NCBI GenBank assembly: GCA_934177795.1
Contig: CAKPPS010000002.1
Coordinates: forward strand, 19,607 to 83,606
Direction: 5' to 3'
Length of the DNA stretch: 64,000 nucleotides
Origin: an uncultured Clostridia bacterium
GTDB taxonomy: Bacteria > Bacillota > Clostridia > TANB77 > CAG-508
This document shows, in pieces, positions 8,083-17,909 of this stretch. Positions within the stretch are counted from its first letter, which is position 1; each line of letters starts with the position of its first letter. Position numbers and translations under genes: made by a program. The notes below the pieces were generated by a model. The model ran no database searches. It was not told the DNA's origin and worked only from the letters and a program-made list of their open reading frames with translations.

Positions 8083-9111
8083 CTATTTCTTATCTTCAAA
8101 TTCTTCTTTTTGTTTTTCAATTTCCCTTGCTAATTCTTCTTCTGTTGGTAAATATAGTTGATATTTTGACGCAAATAAATTTTTATTATCATTAAGAACA
8201 GAATATTTTACTATTGTATCTTTTTTATCTGAACACAATATAATTCCTATTGTTGGATTATCATCTTCTGCTTTTATTTCATTATCATAATATCTAACAT
8301 AAAAATCCATTTGTCCAATATCTTGATGTGTTAGTTTGTCCAATTTTAAATCAATTAAAACGAAACATTTTAGCACATAATTGTAAAACACTAAATCAAT
8401 ATAAAAATTGTCGCCATCTACATCAATTCTTTTTTGCCTTGCTACAAAAGAAAATCCCCTACCTAATTCTAGTAAAAATTCTGATATATGTTCAAGCAAA
8501 TTAGATTCTAAGTCTTTTTCTAAAAATCTTCTGTCTTTTATATCTAAAAATTCTAAAACATAAGGGTCTTTAATAAAGTCTTGAACTTTCTCCTTTTTCT
8601 CTAAAATATTTATTTCATTTTTTACTTCTTCTTTATGTTCTTCACTTGTTGATAAAAGCCTTTCATAATAAAAACTATTTATTTGCCTTTCTAATTGTCT
8701 AACACTCCAATTTGACTTTATTGTTTCTTCTAAATAAAAATTTCTTTTAGCCTCATTATCTATATTCATTATTAAACGATTATGGCTCCAACTTAACTGG
8801 TTCCACAGTGTGGAACCACCTTTATATGTCAAGTAAAACTTTTTCATTTTCTTTAAACTGGGAACACTAAAACCTTGTCCAAATTCTCGAGTTAACTTTT
8901 CTGAAAACAATTTTAATATTTCATTTTGAGACGCCTCTAAATTATAGTTTTCAATTAATTCATTTATAGTAGAACCTATTTCAAAGTATAGTTCGACCAT
9001 TTCAGAATTAATATTTTTCACAACATTTTGCTTTGTTTTTAATATTAAGTTATTTATTCTATCATAGTAATTTCCAAAGACTTGATTATTTTGTTCTATT
9101 AAATCAGCCAT
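8083..9111 (-). CDS. DUF1016/YhcG-family PD-(D/E)xK nuclease-like protein
   Basis: AGGAGG SD. QLSWSHN motif and C-terminal IDLVFYNYVLKCFVLIDLKLDKLTHQDIGQMDFYVRYYD match the YhcG-type nuclease core as I recall it. Confidence 0.8.
   Translation of the reverse strand: MADLIEQNNQVFGNYYDRINNLILKTKQNVVKNINSEMVELYFEIGSTINELIENYNLEASQNEILKLFSEKLTREFGQGFSVPSLKKMKKFYLTYKGGSTLWNQLSWSHNRLIMNIDNEAKRNFYLEETIKSNWSVRQLERQINSFYYERLLSTSEEHKEEVKNEINILEKKEKVQDFIKDPYVLEFLDIKDRRFLEKDLESNLLEHISEFLLELGRGFSFVARQKRIDVDGDNFYIDLVFYNYVLKCFVLIDLKLDKLTHQDIGQMDFYVRYYDNEIKAEDDNPTIGIILCSDKKDTIVKYSVLNDNKNLFASKYQLYLPTEEELAREIEKQKEEFEDKK
8799..8817. repeat. 19-bp perfect palindrome GGTTCCACA-G-TGTGGAACC, copy 2 (inside the DUF1016 CDS)
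   Basis: Read directly from the sequence. Encodes GGSTLWNQ just before the LSWSH motif. Shares flanking ACT...AC with copy 1. Confidence 0.9.
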
Positions 9112-9124
9112 TCAATACCTCCTA

Positions 9125-9568
9125 TTAATTAATGTATTCTAATATTTTTATTGAATCTAAAGGATATACTTTATTTTCTTCAAGCATTTTCAATGTTCTT
9201 TTTATTCTCTTTTCGTCTCTTAATTCTTTATCTGTCATATTTATTAATTCCTTTTTAGAAATCCATTTTACATCTAAAATTTCTTCTTTATTAAATGAAA
9301 TATTTTCTTCTAATAGTTCTGTTGTAAATGTTATTATTATCAATGTAGTATCTTCTATATCTTTACTCATTATTGGAAGTACATTCTTTAATCTAACTTT
9401 ACACCCAGTTTCTTCAAATATTTCTCTAATAGCACCTTCAAATATTGTTTCTCCATTTTCTAAATGTCCTGCAGGAACATTCCATTTTCCATAACATTTC
9501 TTTTTTGCCTCTTTTACCATTAATATTTTATTGTCTTTTTCAATAATTCCTCCTACAATAATTTCCAT
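9125..9568 (-). CDS. NUDIX hydrolase
   Basis: GGGAGGA SD. Nudix box GHLENGETIFEGAIREIFEETG. Confidence 0.85.
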   Translation of the reverse strand: MEIIVGGIIEKDNKILMVKEAKKKCYGKWNVPAGHLENGETIFEGAIREIFEETGCKVRLKNVLPIMSKDIEDTTLIIITFTTELLEENISFNKEEILDVKWISKKELINMTDKELRDEKRIKRTLKMLEENKVYPLDSIKILEYIN

Positions 9569-9582
9569 TGCAATTTTCCTCC

Positions 9583-10419
9583 CTAGATTTTATCCACATC
9601 TATTCCTAATTTTTTAAAATTCTCGTTAATTTTAGTCATATCTCTATACATACCTTGTTTTAATTCAAATCTGTAATTTTCTTTTTCAATATTCAAATTT
9701 TCATCTTCTAATTCTCTGTCAATATCATAGGGTACTTTTATAAACTGAAATGAAATATAGGACGAATATTCTCTACTTCCGTATTCTCCTTCAATTATTA
9801 GATAATTACTTTTCGTAGTTTCTAACACGTCACTATCTTTATTTTTATTCCTTATAACATCGAAAGCATTTCCTACACTTTCTACATTTATTATAGTTTT
9901 ATTGTATATTTTGTCCATATATGGATGATGAATATGACCATATATTACAACATCTGCAATATCCTGAGATTGCGTATTTTTGCTTGGTAAAAACATTTTA
10001 TATTTTGTTTCAATACTATCAACATTTAATATTGCTTTATTATTAACAGTAGGTGTTGCATGAAATAATCTTACTAAACTTTCACTCATATAAAATTCAT
10101 GGCAAAATGGTAAATTTAATAAATATTCTATATCCTCTTTATTTATTAATGATTTATTCCATTTTATTCTTTTTTGCTCTTGCTCATTCATTTCATCAAT
10201 ATTCTTATGTTCTGTTGAAAAATGAACATCACAGTTCCCTTGTAATACTATTTCGCAGTTTGTTCTTATTAATGATATACATTCTTTAGGATGTACTCCT
10301 TTTGCTATTATATCTCCTAAACATATGATTTTATCTACTTTTCTTTTTTCTATATCTTTTAGAGTTGCTTTTAATGCTTCTAAATTTCCATGTATATCTG
10401 AGATAATTGCTATTTTCAT
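9583..10419 (-). CDS. calcineurin-like metallophosphoesterase (YfcE/PrpE-like) with ~80-aa C-terminal extension
   Basis: Motifs ISDIHGN, LGDIIAKG, GNCD and GHIHHP appear in canonical order. Confidence 0.8.
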   Translation of the reverse strand: MKIAIISDIHGNLEALKATLKDIEKRKVDKIICLGDIIAKGVHPKECISLIRTNCEIVLQGNCDVHFSTEHKNIDEMNEQEQKRIKWNKSLINKEDIEYLLNLPFCHEFYMSESLVRLFHATPTVNNKAILNVDSIETKYKMFLPSKNTQSQDIADVVIYGHIHHPYMDKIYNKTIINVESVGNAFDVIRNKNKDSDVLETTKSNYLIIEGEYGSREYSSYISFQFIKVPYDIDRELEDENLNIEKENYRFELKQGMYRDMTKINENFKKLGIDVDKI

Positions 10420-10442
10420 TATTTTATGACTTCCATTCTATT

Positions 10443-10940
10443 TTATTTTTTGTTTATTATTTTTTCTAAATTATAGTCTATTCCCAAAATATTCTCTTGC
10501 TCATCCACTTTTATATGCAAATTAAAATTGCGATTGTCATCTATTAATCCTTTTATAAGAAATTTATCTAATAATATTATATTCGACAATATTTTTTCCT
10601 TTTTCAACAATTCATCTATATCTATCCACTCTGATGTATTTTCCTCAAACTCCTGTGGTTCTCCTTCATATTCCTTAGAGATAAATGTGTCAAATATAAA
10701 CATCCTATCTGGATATTCTATTGTCATAATTCCTTTATATTTTAAATTTTGTATTTCTATTCCTGTTTCTTCTTTCATTTCTCTTATTGCTGTTTGTTTT
10801 GGGCTTTCTCCTTCCTCAATTTTGCCTCCAGGTATATCGTAATATCCTTCTTTTTTATTACCTTTTTTATATTTTATTACCACTACTTCATTGTCTTTTA
10901 TTAAATAGCATCGTACTGCCTTTCTTATTGGCTTGTCCAT
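10443..10940 (-). CDS. NUDIX hydrolase
   Basis: GGAGAG SD before ATG 10940; the track start at 10955 is a TTG overlapping the SD. Nudix box GGKIEEGESPKQTAIREMKEETG. Confidence 0.85.
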   Translation of the reverse strand: MDKPIRKAVRCYLIKDNEVVVIKYKKGNKKEGYYDIPGGKIEEGESPKQTAIREMKEETGIEIQNLKYKGIMTIEYPDRMFIFDTFISKEYEGEPQEFEENTSEWIDIDELLKKEKILSNIILLDKFLIKGLIDDNRNFNLHIKVDEQENILGIDYNLEKIINKK

Positions 10941-10989
10941 AATATTTCTCTCCAATCCTATATATATTCTGAATCCCTTATATTTTTAA

Positions 10990-11559
10990 TTATATCAATT
11001 CTTCTTTTACATCTAACCAATTATTTACTCTTACTATCCCTTTAGCTTTAAGTTCGTTATCAGTTAATTTTTTATTTCTAAATTCTGTAAATAATAACTT
11101 TTTATCACAATTTTCTAAATTTGATACTCTATCATCAATTCCTATGTCATATTTTATTTTTGTTTTGTCTGTCATAAATATAAAATTATTTGTATCTATA
11201 AAAGGAAGCCAATAATGTAAATACTCAAATTTATTTTTTAAATTAGTAGCTGCATCAATTACATCTTCTTTCCAAATATAAGTTGTAGCAATATAAACAT
11301 CATATTTTTCATTTAATTCTTTGATTACTTCTATACAATTAGGTAATGGCTCAATATAGTCTCCATTATTATTTTTATATAAATTTTTATATTTATATAT
11401 TGTCTTAAATTCTTCCTCTTTTCCTTTTATTAAATCTTGTCTATATTGACTATGTAGTTTGTCAAAATCTACTTTTCCTAAAAATTCTATTAAATAATTT
11501 GAGAAATTCCCTACTACAATAACTTCATCCATATCAATCATAATAGTTTTTTTATCCAT
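10990..11559 (-). CDS. HAD-superfamily 5'(3')-deoxyribonucleotidase (NT5C-like)
   Basis: ACGGAGGA SD. N-terminal IDMDEVI (DxDxV HAD motif I) and overall size typical of the NT5C family. Confidence 0.7.
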   Translation of the reverse strand: MDKKTIMIDMDEVIVVGNFSNYLIEFLGKVDFDKLHSQYRQDLIKGKEEEFKTIYKYKNLYKNNNGDYIEPLPNCIEVIKELNEKYDVYIATTYIWKEDVIDAATNLKNKFEYLHYWLPFIDTNNFIFMTDKTKIKYDIGIDDRVSNLENCDKKLLFTEFRNKKLTDNELKAKGIVRVNNWLDVKEELI

Positions 11560-11712
11560 TCTTATTTTCCTCCGTTTTAAAACTTGCTATTAAAACGTCG
11601 CAAATTTCGTATTTTCCTTATTCATATCATAAAATCCGTATAAAAACAATTATTTCCAGAAATTAATATAAAAGAGATTGCCACTTTTATATATAACAAC
11701 CTCTTTGTATTA

Positions 11713-12885
11713 TTATCTGTTTAAATTTCTATCCTTTTTCTTTGTTTTAGTAATATCTTCTTGAGCTTTCTTCTTTTGTGTTTCAATTTTTATAACTTCT
11801 TTAACTTTTGGTGTATCTTCTAAAATATAATTTGCTATTTTTAGATTTTTTCTATACTTATTTAGCTTAGTAGTACATTCATCTCGCTTTGCTTTATATT
11901 CCTTTATTAAGTTTTCATCTGTGCAATTTCTTAGCTTATTTCTGTATTTTTGCCTTAAATTAGTAACATTTTCAATATCTTTTTCAGTTTGTGAAATATA
12001 GTTTTTTACATCATCTACTGTTTTTATTTTTTCTGTAACAATAAGTCTAATTTCATTAGAATATCGTTACATTTTTCTAACTTCTTGCTTCATTTCTGGA
12101 GATAATGGTTTGTAATTTTCTCGTTTTGGTATTAAACCTAATAAATGAAATAGTAATATAAAAAGTACATCAATTCCACTCATTTTACTAATATCTTTTA
12201 AATTTCCTTTATATTTATAAACTTTATATTTTGTATAATTCTTTTTTGGTCTCATCAATTTATAATATTCATCTTGCACATAACATGGATTTTGAAAAAC
12301 TCTTTCTGCAATATTTTTCGGCAAATACTTTTCTCCTAACTGATACATTCTTACTGCTTTTTTATCATTTATTGAACGAATTGTAGGATATTTTCTATTA
12401 TTATCATCATTTATAACATAGCCTTTTTTATACATTACCTTTTTAAATTGCGAATAGCTTACGCATATTTCCATTGCTTTGTACATAGCTTGTCTCATTA
12501 GATTATATTTGGTTGGCTCACCTCTTTTTTCTGCAAAATATATATTTCTTGGTGTTTTCCCTCTTGGCTTTTCAATAACTGTTAATCCATATTCTCTACA
12601 TAGTTCATCTGATAACTCCCTAAAATGATAATATGCTCCTTTGTTACAATTAAACTTTTTGCCTGTAAACATATTAACTGAATTTACTACAGAATGGTTA
12701 TGATATGTGCCAGTATTAAAATGTGTGGCAACTACTACTTGATATTCACTCCACATCTTTTCTGCTAGTTCTACTCCAATTTTGTGTGCTAATTCTGGCG
12801 AAACTTCTCCTGTTTTAAAACTTTGGTATGCGTGATATGCAACATCTCCTGTAGTCTTATCAAATCTATTTTGTACTGTTACCAT
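11713..12885 (-). pseudogene. MobA/VirD2-type relaxase (PF03432-like), N-terminally truncated and frameshifted
   Basis: ORF 12067-12885 carries HAYQSF...ELAHKIG...VVATHFNTGTYHNHSVVNSVN, a relaxase histidine triad with degenerate residues. A different frame (11713 to about 12060, no start codon) continues with a relaxase-like coiled C-terminal region, VDDVKNYISQTEKDIENVTNLRQKYRNKL... Confidence 0.7.
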
Positions 12886-12960
12886 TTCTTTTAAACATAA
12901 TTAATAAATCAATATAGTACAATTTTTTTTAAAACTCTAAAATGTCAATGTTTTGACTTG

Positions 12961-13263
<303 letters not shown>

Positions 13264-13295
13264 TCAAAAAAAGACCGTTTCTTTTGAAACGGTTT
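13264..13295 (-). terminator. intrinsic terminator of the tRNA pair
   Basis: Stem ACCGTTTC (13274-13281) / GAAACGGT (13286-13293). On the minus strand it is followed by TTTTTTT. Confidence 0.7.
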
Positions 13296-13379
13296 AAGAT
13301 TTTTGTGTTCATCAAAATTTTTGTTATCTTGAAACTAAGTTGTATCAAGACTTTCAAAAAGTTCGATGAAAACTTGCCT

Positions 13380-13465
13380 TGGTGGGCAGGGAAGGATTCG
13401 AACCTTCGTACTCAAATGAGAACAGATTTACAGTCTGCCGCCTTTAGCCACTCGGCCACCTACCC
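13380..13465 (-). tRNA. tRNA-Tyr (GTA)
   Basis: Reverse complement folds as a cloverleaf: GGGTAGG acceptor, anticodon loop CTGTAAA, long variable arm, T-arm GAAGGTTCGAATCCTTC, encoded CCA. Confidence 0.9.
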
Positions 13466-13506
13466 AATTATTAAATTTTATTACCATTTATTAGATAATA
13501 AAAAAA

Positions 13507-13584
13507 TGGTGCTCCCTCAAGGATTCGAACCTTGGACCCACCGGTTATGAGCCGGTTGCTCTGACCAACTGAGCTAAGGGAGCA
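13507..13584 (-). tRNA. tRNA with CAU anticodon (Met, or Ile2 if lysidine-modified)
   Basis: Reverse complement is TGCTCCCTTAGCTCAGTTGGTCAGAGCAACCGGCTCATAACCGGTGGGTCCAAGGTTCGAATCCTTGAGGGAGCACCA. Canonical arms, U1-A72 pair, encoded CCA. Confidence 0.85.
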
Positions 13585-13675
13585 TTTCCTTAACGCAAGA
13601 TAAAGTATAAACTATTTTTCTTATATTGTCAATACTTTTTAGAAAAAAAAACTAGATATTTTTATCTAGTTTTTT

Positions 13676-14533
13676 CTAATAATTATCCGCACCTTTTCCT
13701 TCTGGTAATGCTGGATATTCTATAACAATTCTTATCTTTGTTATATATCTAATAGCTCTAACTATTTTACTATTTTTAATCTTTTGCCATAAACTTGGTT
13801 TTTTCTCAAATGTAACTGATTGTTCATATTGCTGTTGTTCATTTGCAAGAACTTGTTCTTGGTTTTGAACTTCTTCCTGTTGTTCAACTATATTTTCTTT
13901 TTTGTTTTCTACTGGTGTTGGAATTGATTTTAATGCATCTGCTACTTCTATTCCTATATAACTTAAAGCTTTTGATCTATCTTCAATTCTTTCCATATCT
14001 ATTTCTATATGTAAATTTGATTCTAAATTTGTTACACGAGCATTAAGTAATTTCATTGCATCTTGATAATTTTGAGATTTTTTGCCTCTTGATTTTCCTA
14101 CAATATTTAATGTTTCTATAATATCCTCTGGAAATTCTCCTTCTGCTTCTTTTACTGTGTCTTTCCAATTTTTTTCCTTATTATCTACTGTATTTATTAA
14201 TTCTTTTAATCTACCTGATAATGCAATATTTTGTTCTCTTTGTCTTATTAATTCTTCAATTTTTTTAGTATTTTCTTCAAATTGGTTTGTAGCATATTCT
14301 ACTAATCCATAGGCTGCTTTATATACACTAATAGGGAAATTTTTCTTTTTTGGATATTCTATTAAATATGTTTTTATTGATTCTATTAAATCTTTAAAAT
14401 AAGTATCATCTTCTAATTGAACTATTTGTTTTTTACTTTTAGGATTTATAAGTTTATGTACTTTATCTATATTTGATAATATTTTTTCTTCAGTGATAAC
14501 CATTCTCACATTTACTATGCCAGATCTAGACAT
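13676..14533 (-). CDS. hypothetical coiled-coil protein
   Basis: AAGGAGG SD. Long intact ORF with a Q/E-rich central region. No recognised motif. Confidence 0.6.
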   Translation of the reverse strand: MSRSGIVNVRMVITEEKILSNIDKVHKLINPKSKKQIVQLEDDTYFKDLIESIKTYLIEYPKKKNFPISVYKAAYGLVEYATNQFEENTKKIEELIRQREQNIALSGRLKELINTVDNKEKNWKDTVKEAEGEFPEDIIETLNIVGKSRGKKSQNYQDAMKLLNARVTNLESNLHIEIDMERIEDRSKALSYIGIEVADALKSIPTPVENKKENIVEQQEEVQNQEQVLANEQQQYEQSVTFEKKPSLWQKIKNSKIVRAIRYITKIRIVIEYPALPEGKGADNY

Positions 14534-14683
14534 GTAAATTACCTCCTTTTTATCTTACGCATCTTCTTTATTCATTTATAATTATACATTAACTTACAAA
14601 AAACTACAAGTCTTACGGAGTAACTTTTCGTTAAGTTTTCGTTACAAGAATGTTACATTTTTGTAACATTCTTATTTTCAATA

Positions 14684-16396
14684 TTATAATACTGTTTTTA
14701 TTTCCTCAAATCTCTTTATTTTTTGAGTTGTTGTTTTTATTAGTTCTTTATCTGTTATAGTAATCTCTCTAACATATTTATAGGCTGGCATAGTTCTATT
14801 CATTTTTTTTACTTCTGCCCAAATTTTATTTTGTATTTCTTTTTTGTCATTACTACCAAATACGCTTTGAGCTACTGTTTCATCATATACAATTTTAGCA
14901 CATATTTTGTAATCGCCATCATCTTCTGGTTTCCCATATACAAATGATTCTTTAACTCCTTCTATTTTATTAATTAAATTTTCTATTTCTTCTGGATAAA
15001 TATTTTTACCATTTTTTAAAACTATTACAAATTTTTTTCTACCTGATATAAATATGTATCCTTCATCATCAATTCTTGCTAAATCTCCTGTATATAACCA
15101 ATTATCTTGAATTGTTTCTTGTGTTGCTTCTTCATTTTTATAATATCCTAGCATAATTGATGGACCTTTTGCCAATAATTCTCCTATTCCTTCTTCATTT
15201 GGTTCTTTTATTTTTACTTCTAAACTTGGCAATGCTTTTCCTATAGAACCGATTTTTCTATATTTATCGTCCTCAGTAGCTATTACTGGCGAACTTTCTG
15301 TTAGTCCATATCCTTGATACATTAAAAATCCTAATTCATTAAATCCTTTTTCTGCTTCTGGATCCAATGCTGCTCCTCCGGCTACCATTAATCTAAGCTC
15401 TCCTCCAAAGTTATCATGAATTTCTTTAAATATTTTTCTTCTAATATCAATTCCAAATTTTAATAAAAATTGGCTTATCTTTATACCTTTTTCTACTTTT
15501 TGTAATTGACCTTTTTTCTCTATTCCTTTCATTACTCTTTTATAAATCGATTCAAATAATATTGGAACAGATATCATAGCTGTTATTTTATACTCATTGA
15601 CATTTTCTGCAATATGTCTTATTCCATCGCAAAAAACTATTGCACTTCCTTTAGATACTGGATACAAAAATCCCACTGTACATTCAAAAGTATGATGTAA
15701 TGGTAAAAATGATAAAAATCTATCTTTTTCATCTATTTTTATAACAGAGGCTATATCCATTAAATTTGCACAAATGTTTTTATGTGATAACATTACAGCT
15801 TTTGACATGGCTGTAGTCCCTGATGTAAATAACATTATTGACATTTTATCAGCATCTATTTTTGCATCTAGAAATTCTCTATTTCCTTCACTAATTAACT
15901 CTTTACCTTGTTCTATTAATTCTCTTTCTGCATAGATTCCATTTTCTGCTTTTTCTAAGTCCATTGAAATAAAATATTCTATTTTTGTATTTTTTTGTTC
16001 CTTCATTTTGTTCATGATTTTTTCGTATTTTTTTGAATAAAATATTGCTTCAACTTCTGAACGTAATACAAGACTCTCTATTTCATTTTCAGGTAATGAT
16101 TTATCTAGAGGGACAACAATTCCTGTGCCTGTTACAATGCTTAAATATGCTACTTCCCATTCATATCTATTTTCAGATATAACTGCTATTTTTTTGTCTT
16201 TTAATCTCATCTGTATTAATTTAGTACCTAGTCCATTTATATCTTCTCTAAATTCTTTATGCGTTATTTCTTTAAAAATTCCTTTTTCTTCTGTCTTATA
16301 CATATATGCTGGTCTATCTCCATATTTTTCTCCTGATTTTTTTAGCATATCTTTTAAATCTGTAAATTCCATACAGTTATATATTGGCTTTCTCAT
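14684..16396 (-). CDS. long-chain fatty-acid--CoA ligase (AMP-binding enzyme)
   Basis: AAGGGA SD before ATG 16396. AMP-binding signature FTSGTTAMSKAV, plus GYGLTE and YTGDLARIDDEGYIFISGRKK. Confidence 0.85.
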   Translation of the reverse strand: MRKPIYNCMEFTDLKDMLKKSGEKYGDRPAYMYKTEEKGIFKEITHKEFREDINGLGTKLIQMRLKDKKIAVISENRYEWEVAYLSIVTGTGIVVPLDKSLPENEIESLVLRSEVEAIFYSKKYEKIMNKMKEQKNTKIEYFISMDLEKAENGIYAERELIEQGKELISEGNREFLDAKIDADKMSIMLFTSGTTAMSKAVMLSHKNICANLMDIASVIKIDEKDRFLSFLPLHHTFECTVGFLYPVSKGSAIVFCDGIRHIAENVNEYKITAMISVPILFESIYKRVMKGIEKKGQLQKVEKGIKISQFLLKFGIDIRRKIFKEIHDNFGGELRLMVAGGAALDPEAEKGFNELGFLMYQGYGLTESSPVIATEDDKYRKIGSIGKALPSLEVKIKEPNEEGIGELLAKGPSIMLGYYKNEEATQETIQDNWLYTGDLARIDDEGYIFISGRKKFVIVLKNGKNIYPEEIENLINKIEGVKESFVYGKPEDDGDYKICAKIVYDETVAQSVFGSNDKKEIQNKIWAEVKKMNRTMPAYKYVREITITDKELIKTTTQKIKRFEEIKTVL

Positions 16397-16424
16397 TTTA
16401 TCATCCCTTCTCAAAATAATTACA

Positions 16425-16994
16425 TTATTTTATTTTCAATCCCTCTATTAATGTATTTCCGAATTCTTTATACAATTCCATTATATCCATATCTTTTTCA
16501 CATCTAACTTTATATATTAATGTTGAACAAATTAGCCCATATATTTCAGAAGCTATCACTTTAGCATTTCCTTCTTTTATTTGCTTTTTATTAATTCCTT
16601 CTTGTACAATTTCTTCTATTTTGTTTATATATTCATTTAATTGTTTTTGGCATTTTTGATTTCTTGCTTCATTTCCCCAAAATTGACTTAATAAAATTTT
16701 TATTAAGTTTTCATATTTCATAACTATTTTTATTTGTATTAATACTATTGCTTTTACTTTATCTATGTAATTCTCAAATTTGGCTGTTTTTATGTCTATA
16801 CTATTTTGCAATAGTTTAATTCCTTCATCTACTAAAAAATTAAATATTTCTTCTTTGCTTGAAAAATGATAATATAATGTTCCTTTAGCTACCCCTACAG
16901 TAGCTGTAATTTCTTCTATACTTGTTGCTTCATATCCCTTCTCTGCAAACAATTTCATAGATGTTTCAAAAATCTTTCTCTTGGTTTTATTCAT
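16425..16994 (-). CDS. TetR/AcrR-family transcriptional regulator
   Basis: N-terminal HTH IFETSMKLFAEKGYEATSIEEITATVGVAKGTLYYHFSSKEEI. Lies 28 nt upstream of the acyl-CoA ligase. Confidence 0.85.
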   Translation of the reverse strand: MNKTKRKIFETSMKLFAEKGYEATSIEEITATVGVAKGTLYYHFSSKEEIFNFLVDEGIKLLQNSIDIKTAKFENYIDKVKAIVLIQIKIVMKYENLIKILLSQFWGNEARNQKCQKQLNEYINKIEEIVQEGINKKQIKEGNAKVIASEIYGLICSTLIYKVRCEKDMDIMELYKEFGNTLIEGLKIK

Positions 16995-17202
16995 TTTTAT
17001 ATCCTTCCATTTTTGATATAATTATTAATTTCTTATATTATATAGTTAAAACCTCAATATTGCAAGAATTTTATATGCTTTTATACTACTCATTCGATTA
17101 TTGATTTACATTCATTATTTTATATAACATTTCTATATTCCAAATTACATGTATTTTTAAAGGAAAGTGCTTTTATTTAACACTTTCCTTTACGTTTTTA
17201 TT

Positions 17203-17892
17203 TTATCTTATTATACAGATTAAACAAAATATTATAATCTTTATTACAACATTCATCATTAACATGTAATTAACACTTTTTATTCCTAATTTATTTAGAA
17301 TATCAAAGTTATCTACTATTTCTGTTATTTCACTTTTATCAGATATTTCTTCTTTTTGCATATATTCCTTGGCTAAAAAACGAGCTTTTATCATTGCATC
17401 ATTTTCTAAATAACTTCTTACAAAATAATATATAAATCCACTGGCTGTTAAAATGGCCAAAAACATCATTTTAAGTGGCAATATTTTTAATACTGCACAT
17501 ATTGCAATTATTATAAAGTATGCTATATATATATTTGAATAAATAAAGTTAAACATCAATATTTTTCTATCTTGTATAGAATGAAGACATTCATGCGCTA
17601 TTGTTTGAATTCTCGTATATGTATTTTTTATATTTGCTATAATAATCTTGTCTGATATTGCTATATATAATGAATTTGTTGCATTTTCATCTTCTTCTAT
17701 TTTTACTTTTTCATTTTTTAACATTCTTAGATATGTTTTGCAAATATCAATATTTTCTGGATATTTTTGTGCTATTTTATCTAATTTGGGATTAGTACCT
17801 ATTTCTAATATTTTTTTATTACTAGTTTTAAATAGGTAACCTAAAATTATCAACATTATTATCCAAAATACTATTACTATAATAAATTCCAT
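17203..17892 (-). CDS. membrane protein with HExxH zinc-metallopeptidase-like motif
   Basis: N-terminal TM, IAHECLHSIQD motif, several C-terminal TM segments. Confidence 0.6.
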   Translation of the reverse strand: MEFIIVIVFWIIMLIILGYLFKTSNKKILEIGTNPKLDKIAQKYPENIDICKTYLRMLKNEKVKIEEDENATNSLYIAISDKIIIANIKNTYTRIQTIAHECLHSIQDRKILMFNFIYSNIYIAYFIIIAICAVLKILPLKMMFLAILTASGFIYYFVRSYLENDAMIKARFLAKEYMQKEEISDKSEITEIVDNFDILNKLGIKSVNYMLMMNVVIKIIIFCLICIIR

Positions 17893-17909
17893 ATAGCCTC
17901 CCCTTTTAA

